Virus record (IMG/VR): IMGVR_UViG_3300005286_000044
Span: 1 to 38,339 of that record
DNA: 38,339 nt
Reading direction: 5' to 3' (one strand)
Source: a virus
Lineage: Duplodnaviria; Caudoviricetes
Shown one piece after another: positions 1 to 9,695 of this stretch. How positions within the stretch are numbered: position 1 is the stretch's first letter; each line of letters starts with the position of its first letter. The notes under the pieces were generated by a model, which saw only the letters and a list, made by a program, of their open reading frames with translations, was not told the origin of the DNA and ran no database searches. Made by a program: the position numbers and the translations under genes.

Positions 1-423
1 GGTGGCGGGGCGGGAACGGCCGGCGGCGGCAATGGCGGAACCGGCGGAACAACCAGCATATCGCGGCCATCGGGCTGGACGCTTAGCGCCCAGGGTGGCG
101 TTGGCGGCAACGGGCAAACCAACGGCAACTGGGCCCAGGCGACCGCCGGCGGCTATGGCCAAAACGCTTCCGGCGGCGATCTGAACATCGGGGGCGAAGC
201 CGGCAGCGGCGGCATCCGCTTGGATGCGCAGAACAACCTTGCCGGCAAGGGCGCTTCTTCGCGCTTCGGGGCCGGCGGTCAAGCCTTCGCTGGTAATGCG
301 GCCGGGCAACAGGGTCTTGGTCAGGGGGCTGGCGGGGGCGGGGGCGCGGTTGCCGCCAACGCTACAGGCCAAGCCGGCGGCGCCGGTTCTTCGGGCTACA
401 TCGAGATCTGGGAATTCGCATAG
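1..423 (+). CDS. Glycine-rich phage tail/tail-fibre protein, C-terminal part (5' truncated)
   Basis: Frame 1 is open from base 1 (GGGAGTAGGGNGGTGG...) to TAG at 421-423 and ends GGAGSSGYIEIWEFA, typical of Gly-rich tail-associated domains. Confidence 0.7.
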   Translation, partial: GGGAGTAGGGNGGTGGTTSISRPSGWTLSAQGGVGGNGQTNGNWAQATAGGYGQNASGGDLNIGGEAGSGGIRLDAQNNLAGKGASSRFGAGGQAFAGNAAGQQGLGQGAGGGGGAVAANATGQAGGAGSSGYIEIWEFA

Positions 424-765
424 ATGAGCGACGAATCCACCAACCTGCATCTGCCGTACATCCTGGCGAACCAGGCGCAGAAGCATATCACCCATAACGA
501 AGCGATCCGGCTGCTGGATGCCATCGTCCAGCTTTCCGTTATCAGCCGGGTTCTTAGCGCCCCGCCGGGATCGCCGGCCGATGGTTCGCGCTACATCGTG
601 GCGGCTGGCGGAACCGGCGCCTGGGCCGGCTGGGATGGCGATGTCGCGTACTACGTCGATGGCGCATGGATACGGCTTACGCCGCGCCCGGGGTGGCAGG
701 CCTACGATCAGAACGCGGATCAGCTGCTTCTTCGGAAGGGTTCCGCCTGGGTTGTGATCGCCTGA
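424..765 (+). CDS. DUF2793-like phage tail-associated protein
   Basis: NLHLPYILANQAQKHITHNEAIRLLD...PPGSPADGSRYIVA...GAWAGWDG...W...PRPGW signature. Confidence 0.8.
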   Translation: MSDESTNLHLPYILANQAQKHITHNEAIRLLDAIVQLSVISRVLSAPPGSPADGSRYIVAAGGTGAWAGWDGDVAYYVDGAWIRLTPRPGWQAYDQNADQLLLRKGSAWVVIA

Positions 766-791
766 AGCATCGATCGAAACGGAACGCCGAA

Positions 792-1037
792 ATGACACCT
801 GAAGAAATCAGCGAAATTGCCCGGGAAGCGGCGCGCGAGGCCGTCCGCGAAACGCTTACGATGCTTGGCATCGATGCTTCGAACCCCGCCGCCATCATCG
901 AAGCGCAGAAGGATTTCCAATTTATGCGATCCCTGCGGATGGCGCGCAACACGGTAGCGCGCCAAAGCCTGATAACCGCCGTTGGCGTGCTAATCGCCGG
1001 CCTAGCGGGCCTGATCTACATGCATTTCCGGCAGTAA
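792..1037 (+). CDS. Small membrane protein, holin-like (DUF6127-like)
   Basis: ATG at 792; 81 aa with one C-terminal hydrophobic helix (LITAVGVLIAGLAGLIYM); lies directly before the endolysin. Confidence 0.6.
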   Translation: MTPEEISEIAREAAREAVRETLTMLGIDASNPAAIIEAQKDFQFMRSLRMARNTVARQSLITAVGVLIAGLAGLIYMHFRQ

Positions 1038-1075
1038 GCGCGCCCGCTTCTTTCCGCCGGTTTCCGCCTACCCCG

Positions 1076-1097
1076 CCCGCCGCAAGGCGGGTTTTTT
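1076..1097 (+). terminator. Rho-independent terminator
   Basis: CCCGCC-GCAA-GGCGGG followed by TTTTTT. Confidence 0.75.
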
Positions 1098-1126
1098 GTT
1101 GCCCGAAATCCCGAAAGGAACCCGCC

Positions 1127-2062
1127 ATGGATACTTCCCCCAAGGGCCGCGCTTTCATCCGCGGCCATGAAGGAAACCCGCTTACCGCCTATCTCGATCC
1201 GGCCGGTGTGCCGACGATCGGAACCGGCTTCACCAACCGTTCGCCGACCGTTACCCGCATGCTGGGCAAGATCGTGCCGGGCAAAACGCAGATCACGGCC
1301 GAACAATCGGATCGCATCTTCCGGGAAGTCCTCGATCAGGAATGCGAACCGGCGGTGGAACGCGGCATGCCGGGCGCGGCCCAGCATGAATTCGATGCGG
1401 GCGTTTCCGGAACCTACAACCTTGGCGCCCGCTTCATGGGTTGGGAATGGGCGAAGCTCTGGCGGGCGGGGAAGAAGGGCGACGCGGCCAGCTACTTGGC
1501 AAGCCACTACAACACTGCCGGCGGCAAGAAACTGCCGGGGCTGGTCCGGCGCCGGAAAGAAGAAGCGTATCTTCTGGAATTCGGCGTCTATCCGGGGGTG
1601 GATGTCGATATGTTGGCCGCTGGCGAAGGGCAGCCGCGCACGGCGTCGCCGAAGGCCGGGCCTAAGCCCGATCCGGTTGTTGAAGAAGCGCAGCGCATCC
1701 TTACCGAACGCGGCTTCAACCCCGGCGCCATAGATGGCTGGATGGGCGCAAAGACCCGCGCGGCAATCCTGGCCTATCAGCGCGCCCATCCGCATCTGGT
1801 TGCCGATGGCATCCTGGGGCCGGCTACGCTGGCGCAGCTGCGCCGCGATGCGCAGGCGGCCAAGGAAATGATCGCCGATACCGTGGGCAAGGGTGGCGGC
1901 GGTTCCGTTGCCGCCGGCGTTCTGGCGTCCCTGGCCGGGTTGCCCTGGCAATGGATCATCCCCGCCATCCTTGCGGCGGCCCTGGCCTGGACGATCTGGC
2001 GGCATCGCGATGTGATCGCCCGGCGCTGGAACAGCCTGATCGGCCGCAAGGTCGAAGTCTGA
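1127..2062 (+). CDS. Endolysin: GH24 lysozyme + peptidoglycan-binding domain + C-terminal hydrophobic segment
   Basis: HEG..AYLD.AGVPTIGTG (E-x8-D-x5-T triad), LPGLVRRRKEE, and PG_binding_1-like IDGWMGAKTRAAILAYQ...DGILGPAT; RBS AAAGGA. Confidence 0.9.
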   Translation: MDTSPKGRAFIRGHEGNPLTAYLDPAGVPTIGTGFTNRSPTVTRMLGKIVPGKTQITAEQSDRIFREVLDQECEPAVERGMPGAAQHEFDAGVSGTYNLGARFMGWEWAKLWRAGKKGDAASYLASHYNTAGGKKLPGLVRRRKEEAYLLEFGVYPGVDVDMLAAGEGQPRTASPKAGPKPDPVVEEAQRILTERGFNPGAIDGWMGAKTRAAILAYQRAHPHLVADGILGPATLAQLRRDAQAAKEMIADTVGKGGGGSVAAGVLASLAGLPWQWIIPAILAAALAWTIWRHRDVIARRWNSLIGRKVEV

Positions 2063-2064
2063 TC

Positions 2065-2292
2065 ATGCTGGCGCGGATCAAAACCTGGCTGGCGATCGCC
2101 GGCGGCATCATCGTCGCCCTGGCGATCGCCTTCTGGCGCGGGCAATCCGCCGGCCGGGCGCTGGAACAGACGCGGCAGGCCGCCAAGGACCGGCGGGATG
2201 CGCAAACCGTTGCCGACGCCCGCGCCGAAGCGCGCGGGCAAAGCAACGAAGATCTCAACAAGGGACTGGACCGATGGACTCGAAAGGATTGA
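2065..2292 (+). CDS. Putative inner-membrane spanin (Rz-like)
   Basis: N-terminal TM helix then a charged helical tail; follows the endolysin and overlaps a lipoprotein gene. Confidence 0.65.
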   Translation: MLARIKTWLAIAGGIIVALAIAFWRGQSAGRALEQTRQAAKDRRDAQTVADARAEARGQSNEDLNKGLDRWTRKD

Positions 2293-2483
2293 TCGCGGCC
2301 GCGCTGCTTTGCGCGGCGCTGGCCGGCTGCGGAACGACCGGCGGCGGCCTTTGCAGCGCCGGCCCGATCATCGCCGATCCGGGCGCTTCCGAACGCTGGA
2401 CGCGCGCGGAAAAGGAACAGGCGGTGGCGCTGAACCTTGCCGGCGAACGCATCTGCGGCTGGCGGGCGCCGGGGCAAAACTAG
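2274..2483 (+). CDS. Putative outer-membrane lipoprotein spanin (Rz1-like)
   Basis: Signal peptide with lipobox LAGC; overlaps the i-spanin 3' end. Confidence 0.7.
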   Translation: MDSKGLIAAALLCAALAGCGTTGGGLCSAGPIIADPGASERWTRAEKEQAVALNLAGERICGWRAPGQN

Positions 2484-2499
2484 AAACGGGATCATCGAA

Positions 2500-3693
2500 A
2501 TGCTGGACGGCTATTACCTGCGCAACCATCCATCGGCACAGTTCGGCACGATCGCAACCAGCGGCGTGGTCTATCCATGGAAGAAGACGCGCGCGATTCT
2601 GCGCGAATATCTTGAAGGAACCACCGGCGCCGATAATCCGCATTCGCTGCCGGCAATGGCGAATCCGCCTTCTATCAGCACGTCAACGGCCGATCTTTCC
2701 CCAACGTACCCGAAAACCATCACGCTGGCGAACCAAGGGGATATCGATACCTACTGCCGAATTGAAGGCGGCCGCCAAGAGTTGGTTTCCACCAATTTCA
2801 TGCGGCCCTACCAGGCGCGGATGAACGCCGGTACGGTGGTAAACGTCGTTTCGCGCATCAGCTTCACGGCCAATGCCGATCTGCTCGCATTCTACGTCAT
2901 CGGTTCGGCGCTTCCCTACCGTTTCCTGGTCGATGGTGCTTATGTCGATTTTGCCGGCACGCTCCCGGCCGCGGCGAGCGGAACTGGTTCCAACTACATC
3001 ATCCTCCAGTTCGCATCCAAGGCGGTTCGCGTCATCACGATCGAACTTCAGCAAAACCAGGCCTTGCGGCGTATCCATATCAAGAACGCCGACAGCTTCG
3101 GGGCGAAGCCGCAAGCGCGCCCGCATCGTGGGATCGTTCTGGGCGACAGCATCACAGGGGCGGCCATTGCCACGCATTTCGGCGATGGCCTATGCGCTAT
3201 CGCCGGCGATTACCTGGGCATTCCCGATTTCTGGGCTTCGGGTGTGGGGGCAACCGGCTACGTGAATACCAGCGGCGGCACGCGGTACAAACTTGCGGAA
3301 CGTATCGCCGCCGATCTGGATAGCGCGCTGCTCTATGGGGCGCTGGATATCGTCGTAGTGGCGATGGGTATCAACGATATTGGCCTGGCAGGCGTCACGG
3401 CCGAAGCCAACGTCTGTTTCGATATCATCCGGCAGAAATGCCCCGCCGCGATAGTGCCGGTTCTGGGGCCGTGGGATGCCGCCGCGCCATCGCCGCCGGC
3501 CGCCTCGTATCTAGCCTGCAAAGCTGCCATCCAAGCCGCCGTTGCGGGCCGCGGCGGCTTCAGTTTCATCGATACCCAGGGCGTAGCCTATGCGAAGGCG
3601 GATGCGGTTCATCCGAATACAGCCGGCCATAATACGCTGGGCCAATGGCTGGAAGGGCAGATCAGGGCCATCGCCGCGCTGGAATACAGCTAG
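2500..3693 (+). CDS. SGNH/GDSL hydrolase (esterase/deacetylase) with N-terminal extension
   Basis: Blocks LGDSIT, GVGATGY, GIND, DAVHPN. Confidence 0.85.
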   Translation: MLDGYYLRNHPSAQFGTIATSGVVYPWKKTRAILREYLEGTTGADNPHSLPAMANPPSISTSTADLSPTYPKTITLANQGDIDTYCRIEGGRQELVSTNFMRPYQARMNAGTVVNVVSRISFTANADLLAFYVIGSALPYRFLVDGAYVDFAGTLPAAASGTGSNYIILQFASKAVRVITIELQQNQALRRIHIKNADSFGAKPQARPHRGIVLGDSITGAAIATHFGDGLCAIAGDYLGIPDFWASGVGATGYVNTSGGTRYKLAERIAADLDSALLYGALDIVVVAMGINDIGLAGVTAEANVCFDIIRQKCPAAIVPVLGPWDAAAPSPPAASYLACKAAIQAAVAGRGGFSFIDTQGVAYAKADAVHPNTAGHNTLGQWLEGQIRAIAALEYS

Positions 3694-3732
3694 GCGGCGA
3701 ACGCATTTTGCGGTTGGCGCGCGCCCTACGCG

Positions 3733-4224
3733 CTATCTGCCAGCTTTCTTCGCTGCGGCCTCGATCCACGAGCCGATGTTATCGCGGCCGTTGTCGTTTA
3801 CCCAATCGTAGGTTGGGTAAATGCTGGAAAGCGGTACCTTCTGGCCATTCTGCTGGATGCTCCAGTTCGCAAACGGATTCGCGCCGACGAGATCGGTTCT
3901 GCTGTTCGAATCTCTGATGTTGTGAATGTAGACGCCCAGCATACCGTTGCCCTTTTTGTAGCTCTGCTGGATCTCATATCCGACATAGGGACGCTGCGAC
4001 GTTTCGGCACCGATCAGAACGACCGTTACCGAAGTGCCGTTCAGCTGATCATCGATCCATTTATGAATCGCCGCCTCGCCCTTTTTCTTGACTTCCTCCC
4101 AGGCGGCCGCATCCCAGAAGCCGGCGCTTTCCCGATCCGGCTTCGTTACCCAGCTGTTGCGAACCTGCCCGGCGCGCCATGCATCGCGTTCGTAATGGAA
4201 ACTGAAAAACGTGCGCCTTGCCAT
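3733..4224 (-). CDS. thsB: Thoeris TIR-domain sensor/signalling enzyme
   Basis: MARRTFFSFHY..DAWRAGQVRNSW, SVTVVLIGAET..RPYVGYEI (catalytic Glu), GNGMLGVYIH; adjacent to a SIR2-SLOG gene. Confidence 0.88.
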   Translation of the reverse strand: MARRTFFSFHYERDAWRAGQVRNSWVTKPDRESAGFWDAAAWEEVKKKGEAAIHKWIDDQLNGTSVTVVLIGAETSQRPYVGYEIQQSYKKGNGMLGVYIHNIRDSNSRTDLVGANPFANWSIQQNGQKVPLSSIYPTYDWVNDNGRDNIGSWIEAAAKKAGR

Positions 4225-4264
4225 GCCGAATCCCCCCATTATTCTTGCGCCGTCAAAATATAGA

Positions 4265-4291
4265 CTGGCTTGCACAAACCTGCCAAGCCAG
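4265..4291. promoter_or_regulatory. Inverted repeat in the thsB/thsA divergent promoter region
   Basis: CTGGCTTG-N11-CAAGCCAG within the 83-bp intergenic gap. Confidence 0.45.
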
Positions 4292-4307
4292 CGGGTGGGG
4301 GAAGGAC

Positions 4308-5762
4308 ATGGAAGCGGCGGAATTCATCGATCGATGGGCGAAGGCACTGGAAGGGGGCGCCGCGGCCGTTTTCATCGGCGCCGGGCTTTCGCGGCGCGCT
4401 GGCTATCCCGATTGGCGAACCCTGCTGGCGGATATCGCAAAGGAATTGGGGCTAGATATCGCAGCCGAACACGATCTGGCGGCGGTTGCCCAATACAGCC
4501 TGAACAGAAGCGCCCGGAAGCGCAATAAGCTTACGCGCCTGATCGTTGATCATTTCCCGCCGAAGGCCGATGCCCCAGAACCCTTCCGCATCCTGGCGCG
4601 CCTGCCAGTTCGGCATATCTGGACAACCAACTACGACAAGCTGCCGGAAACGGCCTGGGAGCAAGAACGCAAGCTGCTGGATGTAAAATCCCGCAATAAC
4701 GATCTGGGCTTCGATCGGTCCTGGGCCCATGCGACCCTCTACAAGATGCACGGCACGGTTGATCATCCTGCCGAGGTGGTGATCGCGAAGGACGATTACG
4801 AACTGTACCGGCGGGAACGGCCCGGCTTCCTTCAGGTTCTGACCGGCCAGCTGGTTACAAAACAGATGCTGTTCCTGGGGTTCAGCTTCACCGATCCCAA
4901 TCTTGCGCATCTGTTCGCCAGCATCCGCGAAGCCTTCCAGGAGGATGGGCCCGAGCACTACGCGATCGTGCGGCGGCCGAAGCAAGGCACCGGGCCAGGC
5001 GCGAAGAAGCGCTACGCAACTGAAAAGGTTCGGCATGCGCTTTGGGTTGAAGACCTTCAGCGCTACGGCATCCAATGCATCGAAATCGATGAATATGAGC
5101 AGGTAGACGAGATCCTGCGGGCGGTGGAATTGAAGCTGGCCGGCCGCAGCGTTTTGGTTTCCGGAAGCTACCCGGAAAACGCGCCCAACGATAATCGCCG
5201 CTACATCGAAGAAATGGCGCGGCAGATCGGCCGCGAAATCGCCCGGCATGAGAAGCGCCTGGTTTCCGGCTTCGGGCTGGTTGTAGGAAGCGCGGCCATC
5301 GCAGGCGCCCTGGAAATCATCCTTGCCGAAGCCGCCCCCAACCTCGAGCGCGGCTTGCTGTTGCGGCCCTTCCCGCAAACGGTCCCGCAGGGACTGACAA
5401 AGGCTGTTTTCCATCAGCGCTACCGGGAAGCGATGGTCCAGCAGGCCGGCGTCTGCATCTTCATCGGCGGCCTGAAGGATATTGGGGCGGCGGCGCCGGC
5501 GATCGCCGATGGCGTTCTGGAAGAATTCAAGGAAGCGCAGGCCGCCGGTCGGATCGTTGTGCCGATCGGCGCCACGGGCGGTGCGGCGCGTGCGATCTGG
5601 GAAACCTTGGCGAAGGATGCGGGATGGGCCCCGCCGGGGTTGAACCGGAAGGAATTCGAACAGCTTAACAAGGATGGCCTTGCGCCGGCCGATGCGGCCA
5701 AGCTGATCGAAAAGGTGCTGAAGGCGGTGGATGCGCCGGCCGCCAAAGCGACGAAGCGGTAG
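4308..5762 (+). CDS. thsA: Thoeris type I effector, SIR2 NADase + SLOG/STALD domain
   Basis: VFIGAGLS..AGYPDW, WTTNYD, YKMHG, LFLGFSFTD (SIR2); LVSGFGLVVG, RPFPQ, YRE..CIFIGG..GVLEEF (SLOG). Confidence 0.9.
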   Translation: MEAAEFIDRWAKALEGGAAAVFIGAGLSRRAGYPDWRTLLADIAKELGLDIAAEHDLAAVAQYSLNRSARKRNKLTRLIVDHFPPKADAPEPFRILARLPVRHIWTTNYDKLPETAWEQERKLLDVKSRNNDLGFDRSWAHATLYKMHGTVDHPAEVVIAKDDYELYRRERPGFLQVLTGQLVTKQMLFLGFSFTDPNLAHLFASIREAFQEDGPEHYAIVRRPKQGTGPGAKKRYATEKVRHALWVEDLQRYGIQCIEIDEYEQVDEILRAVELKLAGRSVLVSGSYPENAPNDNRRYIEEMARQIGREIARHEKRLVSGFGLVVGSAAIAGALEIILAEAAPNLERGLLLRPFPQTVPQGLTKAVFHQRYREAMVQQAGVCIFIGGLKDIGAAAPAIADGVLEEFKEAQAAGRIVVPIGATGGAARAIWETLAKDAGWAPPGLNRKEFEQLNKDGLAPADAAKLIEKVLKAVDAPAAKATKR

Positions 5763-5910
5763 GCATTCTCCCGCCTACAATCTCTGGTTTAGCGCCCAAT
5801 CCGTCACCCGCTCATGCGTTGCGTAGAGCGGACAGAAACGGATTCACTGCGGAATCTCAGGGAGATAGCTGTCTTAGGGCAGGGCTTTCTTAACCTTGTT
5901 GAGCGATACG

Positions 5911-7215
5911 ATGTTAACCATGATCGAAGCGAAAACGCAGAACTGGCTGGATTTAGCCGAAGCCGCGCAGGCAGCGCTAGTCGAAGGCGCGCGCGATGCG
6001 CAGCCCGTCAGCGGCCTGACGCACAACTTCTATCGCTATCCCGCTCGGTTCTCGCCTGCCTTCGTGCGCGCAGCCATCGAAACGTTCACGGCGCCTGGGG
6101 ATACGATCCTTGATCCCTATGTCGGGGGCGGAACGAGCCTGGTGGAAGCCCTGGCGCTGGGACGCCATGGCGTGGGCATCGATATTAGCCAGTTGGCAGA
6201 ATTCGTTGCGACCGTAAAAACCACGGTTCTGGATGAAGAAGAAATCGCGGCGCTTGAGGAATGGGCCAGCCGCGTCGGCGTTGCCGTCCATCAGCATAAG
6301 CCGTCGATCCATTTCGCCGATTACGCGGAACGCGGCTACTACAAGCATTTGGACGATCCTTCGCGCTGGCGCCTTCGCCGCGCCATCGAACAAGCCTTGG
6401 GAACCGCGATCTGCCTGCCTTCGCCCCGCCTTGAGGCTTTCGCGCGTTGCGTGATCCTTCGAACCGCCCAATGGGCCCTGGATAGCCGCCGCAAGTTGCC
6501 TTCGGTGCCGGAATTCCGCAATATGCTGGGGGAAATCGCTGGGCAGATGATCGCTGGCGCCCGCGAGCTTCGCGGCGCCATGCAACGCCATGGCGCATCC
6601 CCATCGATCCGCATATTCAACCGATCCGCGGCGGGGTTGGAAGCCGATGATGCGCTCGCATCGATGGCGCCCCCGAAGCTGGTCGTAACATCGCCGCCAT
6701 ATCCCGGCGTGCATGTCCTATACCATCGCTGGCAGGTTGATGGGCGGAAGGAAACGGCCGCCCCATTCTGGATCGCCAACAAGCTGGATGGCGCCGGCCT
6801 AAGCTACTATACGATGGGCGATCGCAAGAACCCGGAACTGCGGACCTATTTCGAAAACCTACGCGCGGCGACTTCTTCGATCGTTCGCCTTTGCGATGCG
6901 GCAACCACGATCGTTCAGATGGTTGCGTTTTCTGATCCTTCCTGGCAGCTTCCCCGCTACTTGGAAATCATGGAGGAAGCGGGCCTAGCCGAAGCCTTCC
7001 TGCCTGCGCTGGCCGGCGATCGGGACGGCCGCCTATGGCGCAGCGTCCCAAATCGCCGCTGGTATGCCTATCAGCGCGGCGAAACCCCCGGAAGCCAGGA
7101 GGTAGTGTTGATCCATCGCCTGGCTGGGGCGGCGGCTACGCGGCCTGCCCAACCAGGTCGCTCAGATCAATCGCATCTTCAGCTAGATCACCCAAACTTT
7201 GGATCATTGGGATAA
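5911..7215 (+). CDS. DNA amino-methyltransferase (alpha motif order, probably N4-cytosine)
   Basis: YRYPARF, motif I ILDPYVGGGT, GIDIS, and downstream motif IV TSPPY; start uncertain (5896/5911/5920). Confidence 0.85.
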   Translation: MLTMIEAKTQNWLDLAEAAQAALVEGARDAQPVSGLTHNFYRYPARFSPAFVRAAIETFTAPGDTILDPYVGGGTSLVEALALGRHGVGIDISQLAEFVATVKTTVLDEEEIAALEEWASRVGVAVHQHKPSIHFADYAERGYYKHLDDPSRWRLRRAIEQALGTAICLPSPRLEAFARCVILRTAQWALDSRRKLPSVPEFRNMLGEIAGQMIAGARELRGAMQRHGASPSIRIFNRSAAGLEADDALASMAPPKLVVTSPPYPGVHVLYHRWQVDGRKETAAPFWIANKLDGAGLSYYTMGDRKNPELRTYFENLRAATSSIVRLCDAATTIVQMVAFSDPSWQLPRYLEIMEEAGLAEAFLPALAGDRDGRLWRSVPNRRWYAYQRGETPGSQEVVLIHRLAGAAATRPAQPGRSDQSHLQLDHPNFGSLG

Positions 7216-9664
7216 TGACCGGCGCAACCGCGCGAGCCAGCAGGGCGGCCCGCTTTTCTACCGTCCCGTCGTCATCCGCTTCTTCCTTTTCCGCACCATT
7301 CGTCGCCTTTTGAGGCGCGGCCTTGTGTTGTTTGTCGTCATGGATCAGCGCCATGGCTATCAGCACCACGCCAATTTCGAATTGCTTCTTAACGACATCG
7401 GCCGCCAGCTTCGTGAAGGCCAGTTCGTTCTTCAGCGCCTTGTTATCGGCGTTCAGGTAGAATTTGTACGCCGGTTCATACTTCCCGTCGATTTCTTCGC
7501 CTTCTTCGAGAATGTGAAGGCAATCATCGAGGGTAGCGAAATGCGAAGCCCATGCCGGCGATTTGTGGTCGATCCAGAACACATCCGGGAAGTTAATGCC
7601 GGAATTGCCTTCGGCCTCCTTGCCGTCCGGCGGCCCGGGCTTGGGCTTCGGCTTGGGCTTTGGGCCCGACTGCGTATCGATGGCCGCAAGGATCGGCAGC
7701 TTGGCCCGGTTCACGAATTCCGCGCCGGTAACGGGATCTCGCACCGTGAATTCGACTTCAACGGTATCGCCGACAGCGGCATCTTCCGGAAGATCGAACG
7801 TAAGGTTACCTTTGCCGTCAACAAGGTTAGGGCCAACATAATCCAGGATCGGATGCCGCTCGCCGTTCAACAAGCGCTCGAAAACCTTCTCGCCCCGATC
7901 GATCTTGCGCGTGAAGTATTCGTCCTCGACATCGGTTTCGAAGGTTAGCCGCACGCGGCTGCCGTAGTGGGCAGATCGCGCCAACACATCGCCTTGTTCC
8001 TTGCCAGCGAAACGGAAGAAGGTCGGGTGGGGCTTGCCTTCGAACGGCTTTTCGGTTTTCTGCACGTTGTCGGGCTTGAAGGGATTTTGCAGGCGGGGCC
8101 CTTGCCCGAAGATGCGCGCCAGGTTCGGCGAACTCTTCAGAACGCGCTTCAGCACGTCCTCCAGCGGCTTATTGTCGGCTAGCTGTTCTTCCATATCCAG
8201 CTTGGCGCGGGCGTTCCGGAGATCCCGCAAACCCGGATGATCATGCAGCGCCGATTCTAGCTTGCGTTCGATCTCCATGGCGAAAGCGTTGTCCTCGACC
8301 AGCCGATCGCGGCTAGGCATGAACATATCGTCCTGCTCCAGCGCCGAAAGCGATGAACAGTCCAGAACCACCAGCAGGTCCTGCGCCAGCCGCTGGAGGC
8401 CAACCCGCTTCGGCCGGGCGAAGAAGTTGGCTTTGATGTAGCCCTGGGTTTGGCCGTTGATCGTGAAGATTACGCCTTCCGATGCGCGATAGGTTTTGGC
8501 CGTGCCGGGCTTGAAGGCATAGATGCGCGCTAACAGCTCATGCCCATGGACGGTTAAGGAAATCGTGGCCGGCTTCACATCTTCCAGATTCTTGTTGTTG
8601 TTCAACCGGGCGAACAGGCCGCTCATCGTTTCGGTCTGTTCCTGCCCCGTCTTCTGATGCTCGCGGCATTCATGGAAACGCATCGGCAACGCCGGTTCGG
8701 GCAGCAGCAGGTCGATCTTCGGCCGCAGCCCATCGCGGCGCAGGATGTTGGAAACGTTCTTTAGATTGTATTCGTACAGCTTCACCAGCGTGCCATGGGC
8801 TACGTTGCGCTGGTAGGCATTGTCGCCTTGGGGGAACAGCGGCATTTCATCGGCCTTGAACCGCAGAACCCGCCCCATCCTTTCTTTGCCTTCGTCTTTG
8901 GCATCCAGCGGCGCCAGGTAGGAAAGGAAGGGCGAACGAACCTTTTGACCTTCGCCTTCGCGGCGGACGATTGTGAAGCCCCAGCAATCATCCGATTCAT
9001 GGGTTGGGTAGCTGGCGGGGACCGCCGGGTTCCCCAGCAGCTTGGGATGGCGGCGGGAAACGATCAGCTGAAGTTTCCGGCGTCCGCAGAAGCGGATCGC
9101 GCCCGTGCTGCCCTGGCCGAATTTGCCCTGGACGAAATTGACCCTGATCTTGTTGTTCTTCCCAAGGCTTAGCAGCGTATAGGGAAAGGCTTCAGGCGTC
9201 TGGCCTTCACCCATATCCGCGACATTGACGCATGGCTTCAACGATTTCGGCCCTGTAACGAAGACCGAAATGCTATCGGCTACCTGCGTCCGGAAGGCCG
9301 GTGGCCAATCTTCGACGCGGCCGCCGGACACCTTCAAGGTTCCCGACCATGATTTCTCGATGAAGCGATTGACTGCCTCGCGGATCGACTGCGGCGCGTC
9401 CGGGCCTTCGGGGGCTACGCCGGCCAGCATGCATTCCAGCATCAGCCGGGTATCGATCGTATTCACAAGCTTTTCGTTGATGGCGAAGTCCGCCCGGCCC
9501 TGCTGGTTGCCGGCGCGGTTCCAGTTCAATTCGTCGTCGCCGTAGTAGCGCCAATATCGTGGATCGTCCCAAAGCCCCCGATCCTTCAGGATTTGAACAA
9601 CTTCATCCTCGCTATCCGCTTGGATGAGCGCCAGACACAATTCCTTCGCTTGCTGATCTTTCAC
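7136..9664 (-). CDS. Large GHKL (Bergerat-fold) ATPase, MORC/paraMORC-like, 842 aa
   Basis: N-box EKLVNTID, G1 DMGEG, G2 GKFGQG, G3 HGTLV; long C-terminal region with a PKPKPKPK linker. Confidence 0.75.
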   Translation of the reverse strand: MKDQQAKELCLALIQADSEDEVVQILKDRGLWDDPRYWRYYGDDELNWNRAGNQQGRADFAINEKLVNTIDTRLMLECMLAGVAPEGPDAPQSIREAVNRFIEKSWSGTLKVSGGRVEDWPPAFRTQVADSISVFVTGPKSLKPCVNVADMGEGQTPEAFPYTLLSLGKNNKIRVNFVQGKFGQGSTGAIRFCGRRKLQLIVSRRHPKLLGNPAVPASYPTHESDDCWGFTIVRREGEGQKVRSPFLSYLAPLDAKDEGKERMGRVLRFKADEMPLFPQGDNAYQRNVAHGTLVKLYEYNLKNVSNILRRDGLRPKIDLLLPEPALPMRFHECREHQKTGQEQTETMSGLFARLNNNKNLEDVKPATISLTVHGHELLARIYAFKPGTAKTYRASEGVIFTINGQTQGYIKANFFARPKRVGLQRLAQDLLVVLDCSSLSALEQDDMFMPSRDRLVEDNAFAMEIERKLESALHDHPGLRDLRNARAKLDMEEQLADNKPLEDVLKRVLKSSPNLARIFGQGPRLQNPFKPDNVQKTEKPFEGKPHPTFFRFAGKEQGDVLARSAHYGSRVRLTFETDVEDEYFTRKIDRGEKVFERLLNGERHPILDYVGPNLVDGKGNLTFDLPEDAAVGDTVEVEFTVRDPVTGAEFVNRAKLPILAAIDTQSGPKPKPKPKPGPPDGKEAEGNSGINFPDVFWIDHKSPAWASHFATLDDCLHILEEGEEIDGKYEPAYKFYLNADNKALKNELAFTKLAADVVKKQFEIGVVLIAMALIHDDKQHKAAPQKATNGAEKEEADDDGTVEKRAALLARAVAPVIIPMIQSLGDLAEDAIDLSDLVGQAA

Positions 9665-9695
9665 TCGCCCATCCCCCCCTTTTTCTATCAGCCTA

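Noticed and set aside
1016-2005. 329-aa minus-strand ORF
   Set aside because: Shadow of the endolysin with no recognisable motifs
5890-5921. CtrA half-sites (TTAACCTT, TTAACCAT) and GANTC sites near the MTase start
   Set aside because: Not in TTAA-N7-TTAA spacing and overlapping the likely start codons; too weak to call
7634-7667. GGGCTT tandem repeats
   Set aside because: They encode the Pro-Lys linker of the GHKL protein
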